From: an uncultured Gammaproteobacteria bacterium
GTDB lineage: Bacteria > Pseudomonadota > Gammaproteobacteria > Steroidobacterales > Rariloculaceae
Direction: 5' to 3'
NCBI GenBank assembly: GCA_964457725.1
Contig: CAYWGQ010000005.1
Coordinates: 1-53,692, forward strand
DNA: 53,692 bases
Shown in pieces: positions 1 to 9,172 of this stretch (position 1 is its first letter; each line of letters starts with the position of its first letter). Below the pieces are notes generated by a model. The model saw only the letters and a program-made list of their open reading frames with translations, was not told the origin of the DNA and ran no database searches. A program made the translations under genes and the position numbers.

Positions 1-60
1 CCTTGGCCGTCGGTGCGGGGGTCCCCCCCCCAACTGCTCCCCCCCCCCGCGCCCGGACGA

Positions 61-84
61 TCGCGGCTGGACAGCCGCTCCTAC
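61..84 (-). repeat. REP palindrome (GTAG family), single copy
   Basis: Reverse complement of GTAGGAGCGGCTGTCCAGCCGCGA: a GTAG tetranucleotide followed by the hairpin GCGGCTG-TC-CAGCCGC; the same 24-mer recurs through the window. Confidence 0.9.
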
Positions 85-109
85 GAGTGCCGCGACCGAG
101 CCGGCCGGC

Positions 110-1138
110 CTAGAACCGATCGAGGCACTCGTACGGGTGCACGCGGTTCTCCGGCTTCCAGACGAAGTACCGCCTGAGCTCGAACGGCTCCGAGAAGTAC
201 ACCGGGTCCGTCACCGTCAGCGTGTAATCGAGCCGGTCGTACGCGGCGTTCGGCGTGAAGCGCTCGACGAGGTGGACCTGCTCGCTCTGCCAGACGCCCT
301 CGTGATCGAAGTACTGCTCCGCGAGGTGCGTCGTCTCGACGACGAGCGTGTTCCCGTCCCAGCGGCCGCGCGAGAAGCCGAACTGGCTGTGCTCGGCCGG
401 CGGCATCGCGTCCGGCGACATGTGGATCAGCCGCCGCACGTCGTACTCCTCGATCCGGAGCAGGATGTCGTCGCCCTGCCGGACGAACTCCATCGGCAGC
501 GGGCTGATCATGATCAGCGGCATGCCCTTCGTGCCGCACTTGAGCAGCACGTTGTCCTGCGGGTTCCACTCGGCGAGCTTCGCGCGCCCGGCGTCGTTCA
601 ACGGATAGCCGCCCTTGAACATCGGGAACGCGGCCGGGTCGCTCATGATCGTCGACCACACGCGGAAGAGGCCGTCCGCGCTCCTGACCGCCTCGTCGAC
701 GTTCGCCTGAATCGTCTGCCGGCCGACGATGCGGCCCGCCTTGCCCGCGGGGAAATACGGCTCGGCGCTGCCGAACGTGAACTCGTAGCCGCTCGGCAGC
801 AGCACACTCCGCGCGAGGAGCTCGCGGCGATTGCGGACCGGCGGAGCGCCGGCGATCGTCACGCGCTCGCCGACGACGATCGCGGCGCCCTCGACGCCGC
901 GGTTGCGCAGGATGCTGATCGACGCGGTCTCGGCGTCCCACTCGACGAGCTGCCCGTTCTCCTCGACCTCGAGGACGATCCGGCCGTGCGGGTTGCGCCA
1001 GGAGACCGACTTGATCACGCCGGTGATCTCGATCGTCCGGCTCGAGTCGAAGATTCCTACCTGGCTGTGGTGCGCGAGCGCCGCAGGCGGCGCGAGGAAC
1101 GGGACGACGGCGGCGACGAGCAATGCCGAGCGCGACAT
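110..1138 (-). CDS. Exported DUF6152-family protein fused to a C-terminal GxSxGxWDGxTL partner domain
   Basis: Start re-set to ATG at 1138 (MSRSALLVAAVVPFLAPPAALA|HHS, signal peptide). HHS...ITGVIKSVSWRNPH is DUF6152-like. The C-terminal half has LKCGTKG, GFSRGRWDGNTLVVET, ERF, DP and YEC. Confidence 0.8.
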   Translation of the reverse strand: MSRSALLVAAVVPFLAPPAALAHHSQVGIFDSSRTIEITGVIKSVSWRNPHGRIVLEVEENGQLVEWDAETASISILRNRGVEGAAIVVGERVTIAGAPPVRNRRELLARSVLLPSGYEFTFGSAEPYFPAGKAGRIVGRQTIQANVDEAVRSADGLFRVWSTIMSDPAAFPMFKGGYPLNDAGRAKLAEWNPQDNVLLKCGTKGMPLIMISPLPMEFVRQGDDILLRIEEYDVRRLIHMSPDAMPPAEHSQFGFSRGRWDGNTLVVETTHLAEQYFDHEGVWQSEQVHLVERFTPNAAYDRLDYTLTVTDPVYFSEPFELRRYFVWKPENRVHPYECLDRF

Positions 1139-1330
1139 GGCGTGTTTCTCCCCCAGGGACGGTCCGAAGCGTCCCGTGCGCCTATTGTGCCGCAGAACCG
1201 CCCAGGTGGGCGCGGCCGTCCGGCCGCGTCTTCGGCGTCGTGCCGGCGGTTGCGTCCCCGAGCGGGGTGCTAGGGTGCGCGGGAGCAGGTAGCATTCGGG
1301 CAGCCGTTCCATCCCGATCTCCGAGGTGAA

Positions 1331-1570
1331 GTGAGACTGAAGGTCGTGGCCCGCCGCCCGAAAACGAGCACGCGAGACGCGCGCAAGCCGCGCAGCCCCG
1401 GCGACTACGAGGCGGAGCTCGTGCGCCTCTGCAAAGGCAACCGCCGCGAGGCCGAGCGCCTGATCGCCGAGCAGCTCGAGCGCTCCCCCGAGATGTCGCG
1501 CCAAGGCGCGGCGCTCGCGGTCGTCACCCGCTTGCGCCACGAGCGAGCGCCGTTCCCGCGGCCGCTGTAG
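1331..1570 (+). CDS. Small basic hypothetical protein (79 aa)
   Basis: GTG start with GAGG upstream; helical-looking sequence; its TAG stop overlaps the GTG of the next gene by one base. Confidence 0.5.
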   Translation: MRLKVVARRPKTSTRDARKPRSPGDYEAELVRLCKGNRREAERLIAEQLERSPEMSRQGAALAVVTRLRHERAPFPRPL

Positions 1571-2283
1571 TGGCCTGCCGCGGCCGTTTCGCCCGCCTCG
1601 CGGCAATCGCCCTCCTCGGCGCAACGGCGCTCGCGCCGGCGGCTCGCGCGGACGCGCAATCCGTCCTGACCGGCGCCGCGAAGGTCGTCGACGGCGACTC
1701 GCTCGAGATCGACGGCAAGCGGGTCCGCCTGCATGCGATCGATGCCCCGGAGGGCTCGCAGTCGTGCGGCCGCGGCGGCGCGCGCTGGAGCTGCGGGAGC
1801 GCGGCGAAGCGCAAGCTCGCGGAGCTGATCGGCGGGCGCACGGTCACCTGCCGGCAGACCGACGTCGACGACTACGGCCGGATCGTCGCGGTCTGCCGCA
1901 CCGGCAGCACCGATCTCGGCGCGGCGCTCGTCGAATCCGGCTACGCGCGGGCCTATCGGCGGTACGGCGACGACTACGCCGGCGAGGAGGCCGCGGCCCG
2001 CGCGGCGCGCCGCGGGCTCTGGGCCGGCGAGCACGAGGCGCCGTGGGAGTACCGGCGCCGCACCGAGCGCCGCGCACCGCCGCCCGCCGAGGAGGCTGCG
2101 TCCGGCGGCGTGCAGCGCCGCTGCCCGATCAAGGGCAACATCGGCCGCAACGGCGAGCGGATCTATCACGTGCCGGGCTCGAGCGCGTACGACCGAACCC
2201 GGATCGACGAGTCGCGCGGCGAGCGCTGGTTCTGCTCCGAGCGCGAAGCGCGTGCGGCCGGCTGGCGCCCGCCGCGCGGCTGA
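1570..2283 (+). CDS. Exported thermonuclease (SNase) family protein with C-terminal IKGNI...YHVPG...ERWFC domain (ExoI-like)
   Basis: Signal peptide; SNase motifs VVDGDSL, RVRLHAIDAPE, DDYGRIVA, ARAARRGLWAG; tail CPIKGNI/IYHVPG/GERWFCSEREARAAGWR. Confidence 0.88.
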   Translation: MACRGRFARLAAIALLGATALAPAARADAQSVLTGAAKVVDGDSLEIDGKRVRLHAIDAPEGSQSCGRGGARWSCGSAAKRKLAELIGGRTVTCRQTDVDDYGRIVAVCRTGSTDLGAALVESGYARAYRRYGDDYAGEEAAARAARRGLWAGEHEAPWEYRRRTERRAPPPAEEAASGGVQRRCPIKGNIGRNGERIYHVPGSSAYDRTRIDESRGERWFCSEREARAAGWRPPRG

Positions 2284-2468
2284 GTCGACACGTCGAGCCG
2301 CCGCCCGCAGACCTTAGACGTTCTTTCCCGATTCTGTAGCGAATTTGTGCACGGGCGGCCGCCTCGCACGGCGATCCGGCCCGTAGAGCCGGCCTTTCCG
2401 GCCCCGGAACGACCTCGGGGCGCGCCGTCGCCGGCTCGGTCCGTGCATTTTCGACGACAAACCGCCGC

Positions 2469-2488
2469 AACAATCGCGACAGATTGTT
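2469..2488. promoter_or_regulatory. Inverted repeat AACAATC-N6-GATTGTT, candidate operator
   Basis: Perfect 7-bp AT-rich inverted repeat about 60 bp upstream of the ATG at 2551 in otherwise very GC-rich DNA. Confidence 0.35.
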
Positions 2489-2550
2489 CCGTAGCCGGGA
2501 AGTACTGTGAGCGCCGTTGCAGATCACGGTCGAATCACAGGAGTCGAATC

Positions 2551-2859
2551 ATGAGCACCCACACGATCCTCAGCGCGCTGGCCGTTGCGCTCGGTCTCGC
2601 CGCGCCGGTTGCCCTCGCCGAGCTGCCCGCGCAGCCGCGTGCGATCGCGGCGGGCTACGACGCGGCGCTCGATGCGCCCGGCCCGCAGGCCGCAACGATC
2701 GAGGAGCTCGTGGTCGACGCCGGGGCGCCGTTCAAGGTCGACATGAGCGAGGACGTGCGCCGCCTGATGGACGGCTTGAAGGCGTCGCTCCAGGCGGAGC
2801 TGAAGCAGCTCGCGGAGCCGCAGCCCGCGCTGCACTCCGCGACCGCGGCCGTCCTCTGA
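2551..2859 (+). CDS. Small exported hypothetical protein (102 aa)
   Basis: CAGGAG Shine-Dalgarno before ATG 2551; signal peptide MSTHTILSALAVALGLAAPVALA. Confidence 0.65.
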   Translation: MSTHTILSALAVALGLAAPVALAELPAQPRAIAAGYDAALDAPGPQAATIEELVVDAGAPFKVDMSEDVRRLMDGLKASLQAELKQLAEPQPALHSATAAVL

Positions 2860-3035
2860 TCTCGATGCGGTCACGGCGGTCGCGGCCGAGCCAGTCCCCC
2901 TCGGCCGCGACCGCAGCGAAGCTCGACCTCCCCCCTCCGAGTTTCGCCGGCCTCCGGTAGGCCGTTGTGAAGGGGCCGAGCACCGGCGAGCAGGGACGCT
3001 CGGCTCGGCCCCCTACTTGCTTCCTTCATACCGGA

Positions 3036-4271
3036 TCAGGCCGAGCCGCGACGGCAGACGAGCACCGCGTTCGTGCCGCCGAACGCGAACGAGTTGCTGA
3101 TCGCGACGTCGACGTCCGGCAGGCGGCGCGCGGCGTTCGGCACGTCGTCGAGAGCGCACTCCGGATCGGGCACGCGCAGATTCGCGGTCGGGGGGATCGT
3201 GCGCTCGCGCAACGCGAGCAGCGTCGCGACGAGCTCGACCGCGCCCGCGGCGCCGAGCAGGTGACCGTGCATCGATTTCGTCGAGCTGACCGCCAAGCGC
3301 TCGGCGGCGGAGCCGAACACGCGGCGGATCGCGGCCGTCTCGACGGCGTCGTTCGCGCGCGTGCCGGTGCCGTGCGCGTTCACGTAGCCGACCTCCTCCG
3401 CGCCGACGCCGGCCGACCCGAGCGCGAGCGCGATCGCGCGCGCCTGCCCTTCCACGGTCGGCCGCGTGATGTGCGCCGTGTCCGTGCACAGACCGTAGCC
3501 GAGCAGCTCGCCGCGGATCGGCGCGCCGCGGCGCCGCGCGTGCTCCCACTCCTCGAGCACGACGAGCGCCGCGCCTTCGCCGAGCACGAGGCCGCAGCGG
3601 TCGGCGGCGAACGGCTTGCAGGAGGCGGCCGGATCGTCGGCGTCCGCGCTCGCGACCGCCTGTAGCGCCTCCCAGGCCTTCATCGTGCCCGGGACGAGCG
3701 GCGCCTCCGCACCGCCGGCGAGGGCGACGTCCGCCGCGCCGCTGCGGATCCTGAGCCAAGCCTCGCCGATCGCGACGGCGGCGGACGAGCACGCGCACGA
3801 GTACGTCAGGTTCGCGCCGCCGAAGCCGTGCTCGAGGCCGATCCAGCTCGCGGGCGCGCTCGTCATCGCCATTAGCACGGTGAACGGCTTGATGCGGTCG
3901 CTCCGCGCCCCGTAGAACGCCGCGTAACCCTCGTCCGTCGCACCCGCCCCGCCCATCCCGCTGCCGAGGAAGACGCCGACGCGGGAGCGGGCCTCCGGAT
4001 CGAGCTCGAGCGCCGCGCTCGCGACGGCCTGGCGCGCGGCGACGAGCGCGAGCTGGCTCACCCGGTCGAGCTGGCGGAGCCGCGGGGCCGGGAACTGCGC
4101 GTCGGTCTCGAGCTCGACGCACGCGCCGATCGGGCTCTTGAGCCGCGCGGCGATCGCATCCGGCAGGCGCCGCACGGCCGAGCGTCCCGCGGCGAGCGTC
4201 GCGAAGAGCGCCTCGGGATCGTTCCCGCCCGGCGCGACGGCGCCGAGCCCGGTGACGGCGACCCGCCGCAC
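3036..4271 (-). CDS. Beta-ketoacyl-ACP synthase II (FabF-like)
   Basis: RRVAVTGLG N-terminus; catalytic Cys (CACSS), His (YVNAHGTGT), His (KSMHGHLLGAAG); SNSFAFGGTN. Confidence 0.93.
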   Translation of the reverse strand: MRRVAVTGLGAVAPGGNDPEALFATLAAGRSAVRRLPDAIAARLKSPIGACVELETDAQFPAPRLRQLDRVSQLALVAARQAVASAALELDPEARSRVGVFLGSGMGGAGATDEGYAAFYGARSDRIKPFTVLMAMTSAPASWIGLEHGFGGANLTYSCACSSAAVAIGEAWLRIRSGAADVALAGGAEAPLVPGTMKAWEALQAVASADADDPAASCKPFAADRCGLVLGEGAALVVLEEWEHARRRGAPIRGELLGYGLCTDTAHITRPTVEGQARAIALALGSAGVGAEEVGYVNAHGTGTRANDAVETAAIRRVFGSAAERLAVSSTKSMHGHLLGAAGAVELVATLLALRERTIPPTANLRVPDPECALDDVPNAARRLPDVDVAISNSFAFGGTNAVLVCRRGSA

Positions 4272-4278
4272 GGCCGCG

Positions 4279-4530
4279 CTAGCTCGCTCCGCTGCGCGCG
4301 ACGAGCCGGTCGACGTAGTCGGCGATCTCGCCGAGCGTCGCGAACGGCGTCGGATCGGTGTCCTCGATCGAGACGTGATAGCGCTCCTCGAGCGAGAACA
4401 GGATTTCCATCGCCGCGAGCGAGTCGAGGTCGATCTCCTCGAGCGGCGTCTCGCGCGTCAGCCGCTCGCCCGGCAGCTCGTAGTCCTTCATCAGGATCTC
4501 GCGGAGGTCTTCGAACACGGTCGTCGTCAT
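4279..4530 (-). CDS. Acyl carrier protein (83 aa)
   Basis: C-terminal part of ORF 4279..5283 from ATG 4530; acidic; DLDSLAAME phosphopantetheine Ser motif; ATGA overlap with the upstream gene. Confidence 0.9.
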   Translation of the reverse strand: MTTTVFEDLREILMKDYELPGERLTRETPLEEIDLDSLAAMEILFSLEERYHVSIEDTDPTPFATLGEIADYVDRLVARSGAS

Positions 4531-5774
4531 CTCGGTCCCTCGCAGCTCTCGAACGAAAACGATCCGCGGCCGCGATCGAGCGCGCGCACCTTGCCGCCGA
4601 CGCGCGCGCAGAGCGCGAGCGCTTCCGGCCGGCGGCGCAACAGCGGCAGCAGCGCCTGCGACATCCGGGGCCGCATCGCGAGCGCCGCACAGAGCGACGC
4701 GAAGCGCACGCGCGACGCGAGCTGCGCGCGCCAGCGGGCCGCGTAGTCGCGCGCGATGCGCGCGTGTACCTCCGGCGCGCCGTCGCCGCGCGCCGCCGGC
4801 TCCGCTTCGAGCGCCGCCGCGAGCAGCCACGCCCCTTGCAGCGCCATGCCGATCCCTTCGCCGAGCAGCGGATGCGCTTCGCCGGCCGCGTTGCCGACGG
4901 CGAAGCCGCGCGGCGCGCTCCAGAGCGGCCGGAAGCCCGGACGAATCGGCCCCGCCGCGAGCCAGCGGCCGTTCCGCCGTGCGTGGCGGAGCGCGCGCCG
5001 GGCGCCGCGGCAGCTCCTCGCGAGCCACTGCTCGACGGCTTCGCCGGCGGTCGCACCGCTGAGCGCCGCGCGGCACCGGGCGAGCCGGTCGCGGCGCACG
5101 CAGCACGCGACCGTCAGCTCGCCGCGGGCCCCGACGACCATCCCGCCGTAGCCGCCCGGCAACGCGAGCACCGGCAGCACGCCGGGCGCGAGATCCGCCC
5201 CGGCGAACGTCGCCTTGAACGCGAGCAGGTCGCCCGCCGTCCGGCGGGCACGGCCGCCGGTTGCGAGCGGGGCGCGCTCCCATGAGCCGTGCGCGTCGAT
5301 CAGCACCCGTGCGCGAAGCGCCGCGCGCTCACCGCCGCGCGTCTCGAGCGCGATTGCATAGGCGCCGGGTCCACCCGCGAGCGCGGTCACGGTCCACGGC
5401 TGCCACAGCTCGGCGCCGAGCGCGGCCGCGCGCCGCGCGAGCGCGGTGTCGAGATCCTCGCGCGCGATCGCGCGGCCGTAACGGTGGCGGGGATCGTGCG
5501 CGGCCGGCAGCGCGGTCTCGAGCAACACGTCGGCCGCGTAGAGCGCGACGCGCTCGAGCGGCGGCCCCGCGACCGCCGCGAGCTCCGCACCGACGCCGAG
5601 CTCATCGAGAAGCGGCAGGTTCGGCGCCGCGACGCACTCGCCGCACACCTTCCGCCGCGGGAACGCGCGCCGCTCGACGACCGCGACCGACCAGCCGGCG
5701 CGCGCGAGGAGGGCGGCCGTCGCGGCGCCCGCGGCGCCGGCACCGATCACGACCGCGTCGTGCTCGCGGATCAT
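4527..5774 (-). CDS. FAD-dependent oxidoreductase/monooxygenase (GGR/aromatic-hydroxylase-like)
   Basis: DAVVIGAGAAG Rossmann motif, FPRRKVCGEC, LIDAHG, VGNAAGEAHPLLGEGI; start set at ATG 5774. Confidence 0.88.
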   Translation of the reverse strand: MIREHDAVVIGAGAAGAATAALLARAGWSVAVVERRAFPRRKVCGECVAAPNLPLLDELGVGAELAAVAGPPLERVALYAADVLLETALPAAHDPRHRYGRAIAREDLDTALARRAAALGAELWQPWTVTALAGGPGAYAIALETRGGERAALRARVLIDAHGSWERAPLATGGRARRTAGDLLAFKATFAGADLAPGVLPVLALPGGYGGMVVGARGELTVACCVRRDRLARCRAALSGATAGEAVEQWLARSCRGARRALRHARRNGRWLAAGPIRPGFRPLWSAPRGFAVGNAAGEAHPLLGEGIGMALQGAWLLAAALEAEPAARGDGAPEVHARIARDYAARWRAQLASRVRFASLCAALAMRPRMSQALLPLLRRRPEALALCARVGGKVRALDRGRGSFSFESCEGPR

Positions 5775-5838
5775 CGCGCGGGCCGTCCCGAGCTGCGCCG
5801 CGCAGCGCCGCGCTTCGCGCATGGCCGTGCCCGCGGCC

Positions 5839-6591
5839 TCATCGAACGCGCCTCGCGACGAACAGATGCGAGAAGAGGCCCGCCGACCGCTCTTCGATCC
5901 GCCAATCCTCCGCGCGGTAGCCGCACGCGCGGAGCCACGCGCCGGTCAGCTCCGTGCCCGCGAAGCCCGCGCGGACGCTGATCAGCGCGTCGTGCCGCGT
6001 CACGTCGTTCGCGCCGATCAGCCGGAGCATCCGGCTGCCCGCCATCGCGAGCGGCGCGCGCCGCGGCTCGCAGCAGACGAACGCGTCGGCGCAGCCCGCG
6101 ATGCCGGCGAGGAGCTGCGTCAGCCGCTCGCCGTCGAAGTGGTGCACGAACAGGTTCGCGTAGATCACGGGCCGGCCGCCGTCGGCGACGCCTTCCACCG
6201 GTTGCGGCCCGCCCTGCGCGCGGGCGTGCTCGAGCCACGCGACGGCCTCGGCGTCGATCACGTCGGTCGTCCAACCGAGCGCCCGCAGCCGCCCGAGCGT
6301 GCGCGGCGCGACCGACGGCCGCATGTCGAGCAGCGTCAGCGCCGCGCGCGGCCAGCGGCGGCACCGGCTTCGCGCGAGCGCGAGCGCGAACGAGCCGTCG
6401 CCCGCACCGAGCTCGAGCAGCCACGGCGGCGTCTCCGCGGGCACGCAGCGGTCGAGGGCGCGCGCGACGATGCCGACGCTGCCGATGATCCGGTTCAGGC
6501 GGCGCAGGTCCGCGCGCGAGCGCACGGCCCGGGGATCGCTGGCCGGCAGCTCGTCGAGCCACTCGGGCTGCACTTTGCGCGGCGCGCTCAC
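5839..6591 (-). CDS. SAM-dependent methyltransferase (T3PKS-associated type)
   Basis: GTGA overlap with the T3PKS stop; PEWLDEL...DLRRLN N-terminus, LLELGAGDG motif I, ANLFVHHF, TRHDALISVRAGF. Confidence 0.85.
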   Translation of the reverse strand: MSAPRKVQPEWLDELPASDPRAVRSRADLRRLNRIIGSVGIVARALDRCVPAETPPWLLELGAGDGSFALALARSRCRRWPRAALTLLDMRPSVAPRTLGRLRALGWTTDVIDAEAVAWLEHARAQGGPQPVEGVADGGRPVIYANLFVHHFDGERLTQLLAGIAGCADAFVCCEPRRAPLAMAGSRMLRLIGANDVTRHDALISVRAGFAGTELTGAWLRACGYRAEDWRIEERSAGLFSHLFVARRVR

Positions 6592-7649
6592 GCGACCTCC
6601 AGCAGCGCGCCGTGGCAGCTGAAGCCCGCGCCGAACGACGAGAGCCACCACCAGCCCGGCGGCGCGCCGTCCGCGAGCGCGGCCTCGAGCACGAAGTACA
6701 CGAACGCGCTGCTCAGGTTGCCGTACTCGCGGAGCACCGCCGCGCTGTAACGAAGCTCGCCGTCGCCGAGCGCGAGCCGCTCGGCGAGCGCCGCGAGCAC
6801 GTCGCGCCCGCCCGCGTGGCAGATCCACGCCGCAATCTCCTCGCGCGCAACGCCCGCGTCCGCGAGCACCGTCTCGAGCACCTGCGCCGCGTGCTCGGCC
6901 GCGAGCCGCGGGACGGGCCGCGTCAGCACGTTGCGCAGCATCCCGTCGCGCTGCTCGAAGCGCAGCGCCTCGCGCTCCGCGGGATTCAGCACGGAGCCTG
7001 CTCCGCGCCACGCGACGCGGCGCCGGTCGCCCGCCGGAGGCTGCGCCGCGAGCGCGGCGGCGCCGGCGCCGTCCCCAAACAGGCACGCGCTGACGAGCAC
7101 CCCGGGATCGTTGTCGAGATACATCGCCGCGCTCGACACCTCGACGCAGACCGACAGCACCCGCTCGCAGCGGCCGGCCGCGAGCAGCGACTCCGCGAGC
7201 GCGAGATTCGGCAGCGCCGCGGCGCAGCCGTGACCGACGAGGTCGAACGCCGCGACCCCGGAGCCGAGCCCGAGCCGCTCGACCACGTAGCCGCTCAGGC
7301 CGGGACAGAGGTAACCGGTGCACGTGCTGACGACGACGCCGTCGATCTCGTGCGCCGCGAAGCCCGCGTCCGCGAGCGCGCGAGCGGCGGCGTCCGACGC
7401 GAGCGCCGGCGCGTGCGCCGCAAAGCGCCCATGCAACACGTTCGGCTCGATCTCGAAGACCTCGTCGAGCGAGTCGAGCGCGAGCCGCCGCGCCTCGATG
7501 CCGTTGTCGCCGAGCAGCACGGTCGACGCGATCGCACGAGCGCGGCGGTCGAGCCGCAGGAACCAATCGGAGCGTTGGAACGCGCGCCAGCAGTCGAGCT
7601 TCGTGTAGCGGCGCGGCGGATGCGCGGTGCCGAGGCCGCGCACGAACAT
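6588..7649 (-). CDS. Type III polyketide synthase (chalcone/stilbene synthase family)
   Basis: Catalytic Cys (GHGCAAA), His (CHAGG), Asn (YGNLSS); STCTGYLCPG, LFGDGA, SFGAGF. Start probably ATG 7649 (alternative 7718). Confidence 0.93.
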   Translation of the reverse strand: MFVRGLGTAHPPRRYTKLDCWRAFQRSDWFLRLDRRARAIASTVLLGDNGIEARRLALDSLDEVFEIEPNVLHGRFAAHAPALASDAAARALADAGFAAHEIDGVVVSTCTGYLCPGLSGYVVERLGLGSGVAAFDLVGHGCAAALPNLALAESLLAAGRCERVLSVCVEVSSAAMYLDNDPGVLVSACLFGDGAGAAALAAQPPAGDRRRVAWRGAGSVLNPAEREALRFEQRDGMLRNVLTRPVPRLAAEHAAQVLETVLADAGVAREEIAAWICHAGGRDVLAALAERLALGDGELRYSAAVLREYGNLSSAFVYFVLEAALADGAPPGWWWLSSFGAGFSCHGALLEVA

Positions 7650-7701
7650 CCGCGGCGGCGGGGCGCTCGCGGCCGGGCGCCGGGGCGGGCGCGAAGCGTG
7701 A

Positions 7702-9021
7702 TCAGCGGACCGCGACACGCGACTCAGCCGTTACGCGCCACACGGTGTTGCCGACGTCGTCCGCGACGAGCAGCGCGCCGGCGCGGTCGATCGCGACGCC
7801 GACCGGCCGCCCGTGCGCCGTGCCGTGCTCGCTCAGGAAGCCGGTCAGCACGTCCTCGGGCGCCCCGGCCGGGCGGCCGTCCTCGAACGGGACGAAGATT
7901 ACCTTGTAGCCCGCCGGCGGCTTGCGGTTCCACGAGCCGTGCTGGCCGACGAACGCGCCGCCCTCGAAGCGCCGCGGCAACGCGCCGCCCTCGTAGAACG
8001 CGAGCCCGAGCGACGCGGTGTGCGGCCCGAGCGCATAGTCCGGCACGATTGCGCCGTCGACGAGCTCCGGCCGCGTCTGCGCGACGCGCGGATCGAGATG
8101 CCGGCCGAAATAGCTGTACGGCCAACCGTAGAAGCCGCCCGGCTCCACCGCCGTCATGTAGTCGGGCACGAGGTCGCTGCCGAGCTCGTCGCGCTCGTTC
8201 ACCACCGTCCACAGGCGCCCCGTGACCGGCTCCCACGCGAGCCCGTTCGGGTTGCGCAGCCCGGACGCAAACACGCGCATCTCGCCCGACGCAGGCACGA
8301 TCTCGAGGATCGCGGCGCGGCTCTCCTCGTTCTCGATGCCGTTCTCGGCAGCGTCGCTGTTCGAGCCGACGGTCACGTACAGGCGCGAGCCGTCCGCGCT
8401 AGCGAGCACGTTCTTCGTCCAGTGATGATTGATCGTGCCCGCCGGAAGCTCCGCGACCCGTACGCCTTCCGCGGCGATCGACGTCGCGCCTTCCTCGTAC
8501 GGGAAGCGCACGAGCGCATCGGTGTTCGCGACGTACAGATCGCCGCCGACGAGTGCGATGCCGAACGGCGAGCGCAGGTTCTCGAGAAACGCGCTCTGAA
8601 GCTCCGCTCGGCCGTCGCCGTCCGCATCGCGCAGCAGCGTGATCCGATTCGCGCTCGGCGAGGCGGCGCCGGCCCGCGCAAGCACGGTCTTCATCGCGCA
8701 GCCCTTCACACCCTTGTAGTCGTCCGGACGCGGCGGCGCATTCGTCTCGGCGACCAGCACGTCGCCGTTCGGCAGCACGTAGAGCCAACGCGGGTGGTCG
8801 AGCCCTGCCGCAAACGCCGCGACCGCGAGACCGGGCGCCGCGCGCGGGGTCCGGCCTTCCGGCCAACCTTCGGCCGGCGCGATGTCGACGACCGGGATCG
8901 GCGAGCGCACCGGCGCGGGCAACACCGGATCGGGCCCGGTGCCGTCCGCGACCGAGAGGCGCGCCGCGCCGCCGCAGCCCACGAGGCCGAGGAGCGCCGC
9001 GCCGATGAGGAATGGCCACAT
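7702..9021 (-). CDS. Glucose/sorbosone dehydrogenase family (L-sorbosone-dehydrogenase-like) lipoprotein
   Basis: Lipobox LVGC; [56 protein letters not shown]. Confidence 0.9.
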   Translation of the reverse strand: MWPFLIGAALLGLVGCGGAARLSVADGTGPDPVLPAPVRSPIPVVDIAPAEGWPEGRTPRAAPGLAVAAFAAGLDHPRWLYVLPNGDVLVAETNAPPRPDDYKGVKGCAMKTVLARAGAASPSANRITLLRDADGDGRAELQSAFLENLRSPFGIALVGGDLYVANTDALVRFPYEEGATSIAAEGVRVAELPAGTINHHWTKNVLASADGSRLYVTVGSNSDAAENGIENEESRAAILEIVPASGEMRVFASGLRNPNGLAWEPVTGRLWTVVNERDELGSDLVPDYMTAVEPGGFYGWPYSYFGRHLDPRVAQTRPELVDGAIVPDYALGPHTASLGLAFYEGGALPRRFEGGAFVGQHGSWNRKPPAGYKVIFVPFEDGRPAGAPEDVLTGFLSEHGTAHGRPVGVAIDRAGALLVADDVGNTVWRVTAESRVAVR

Positions 9022-9074
9022 AGTCGATCCTTGCGAGCCCGGGGAAGGTGCACGATCTGTGCCAGTGGTGAGAC

Positions 9075-9150
9075 GTAGGAGCGGCTGTCCAGCCGCGACC
9101 GCGCCTTCGTTTCGGCGCAGCGGCGGTCGCGGCTGGACAGCCGCTCCTAC
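9075..9150. repeat. REP doublet (inverted pair, REPIN-like)
   Basis: Forward copy 9075-9098 and reverse copy 9127-9150 of the 24-mer, 28-nt spacer. Confidence 0.9.
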
Positions 9151-9172
9151 AGAGCCGGTGGACGCCGCCGCG

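Noticed and set aside
1-60. Poly-C/poly-G runs at the window start as a phase-variable tract or G-quadruplex
   Set aside because: They are at the extreme end beside a REP and not in a gene or promoter; low-quality contig-end sequence is more likely.
1570-2283. SNase gene as an anti-phage defence or toxin system
   Set aside because: It has a signal peptide and the common ExoI-like architecture, with no defence-island context.
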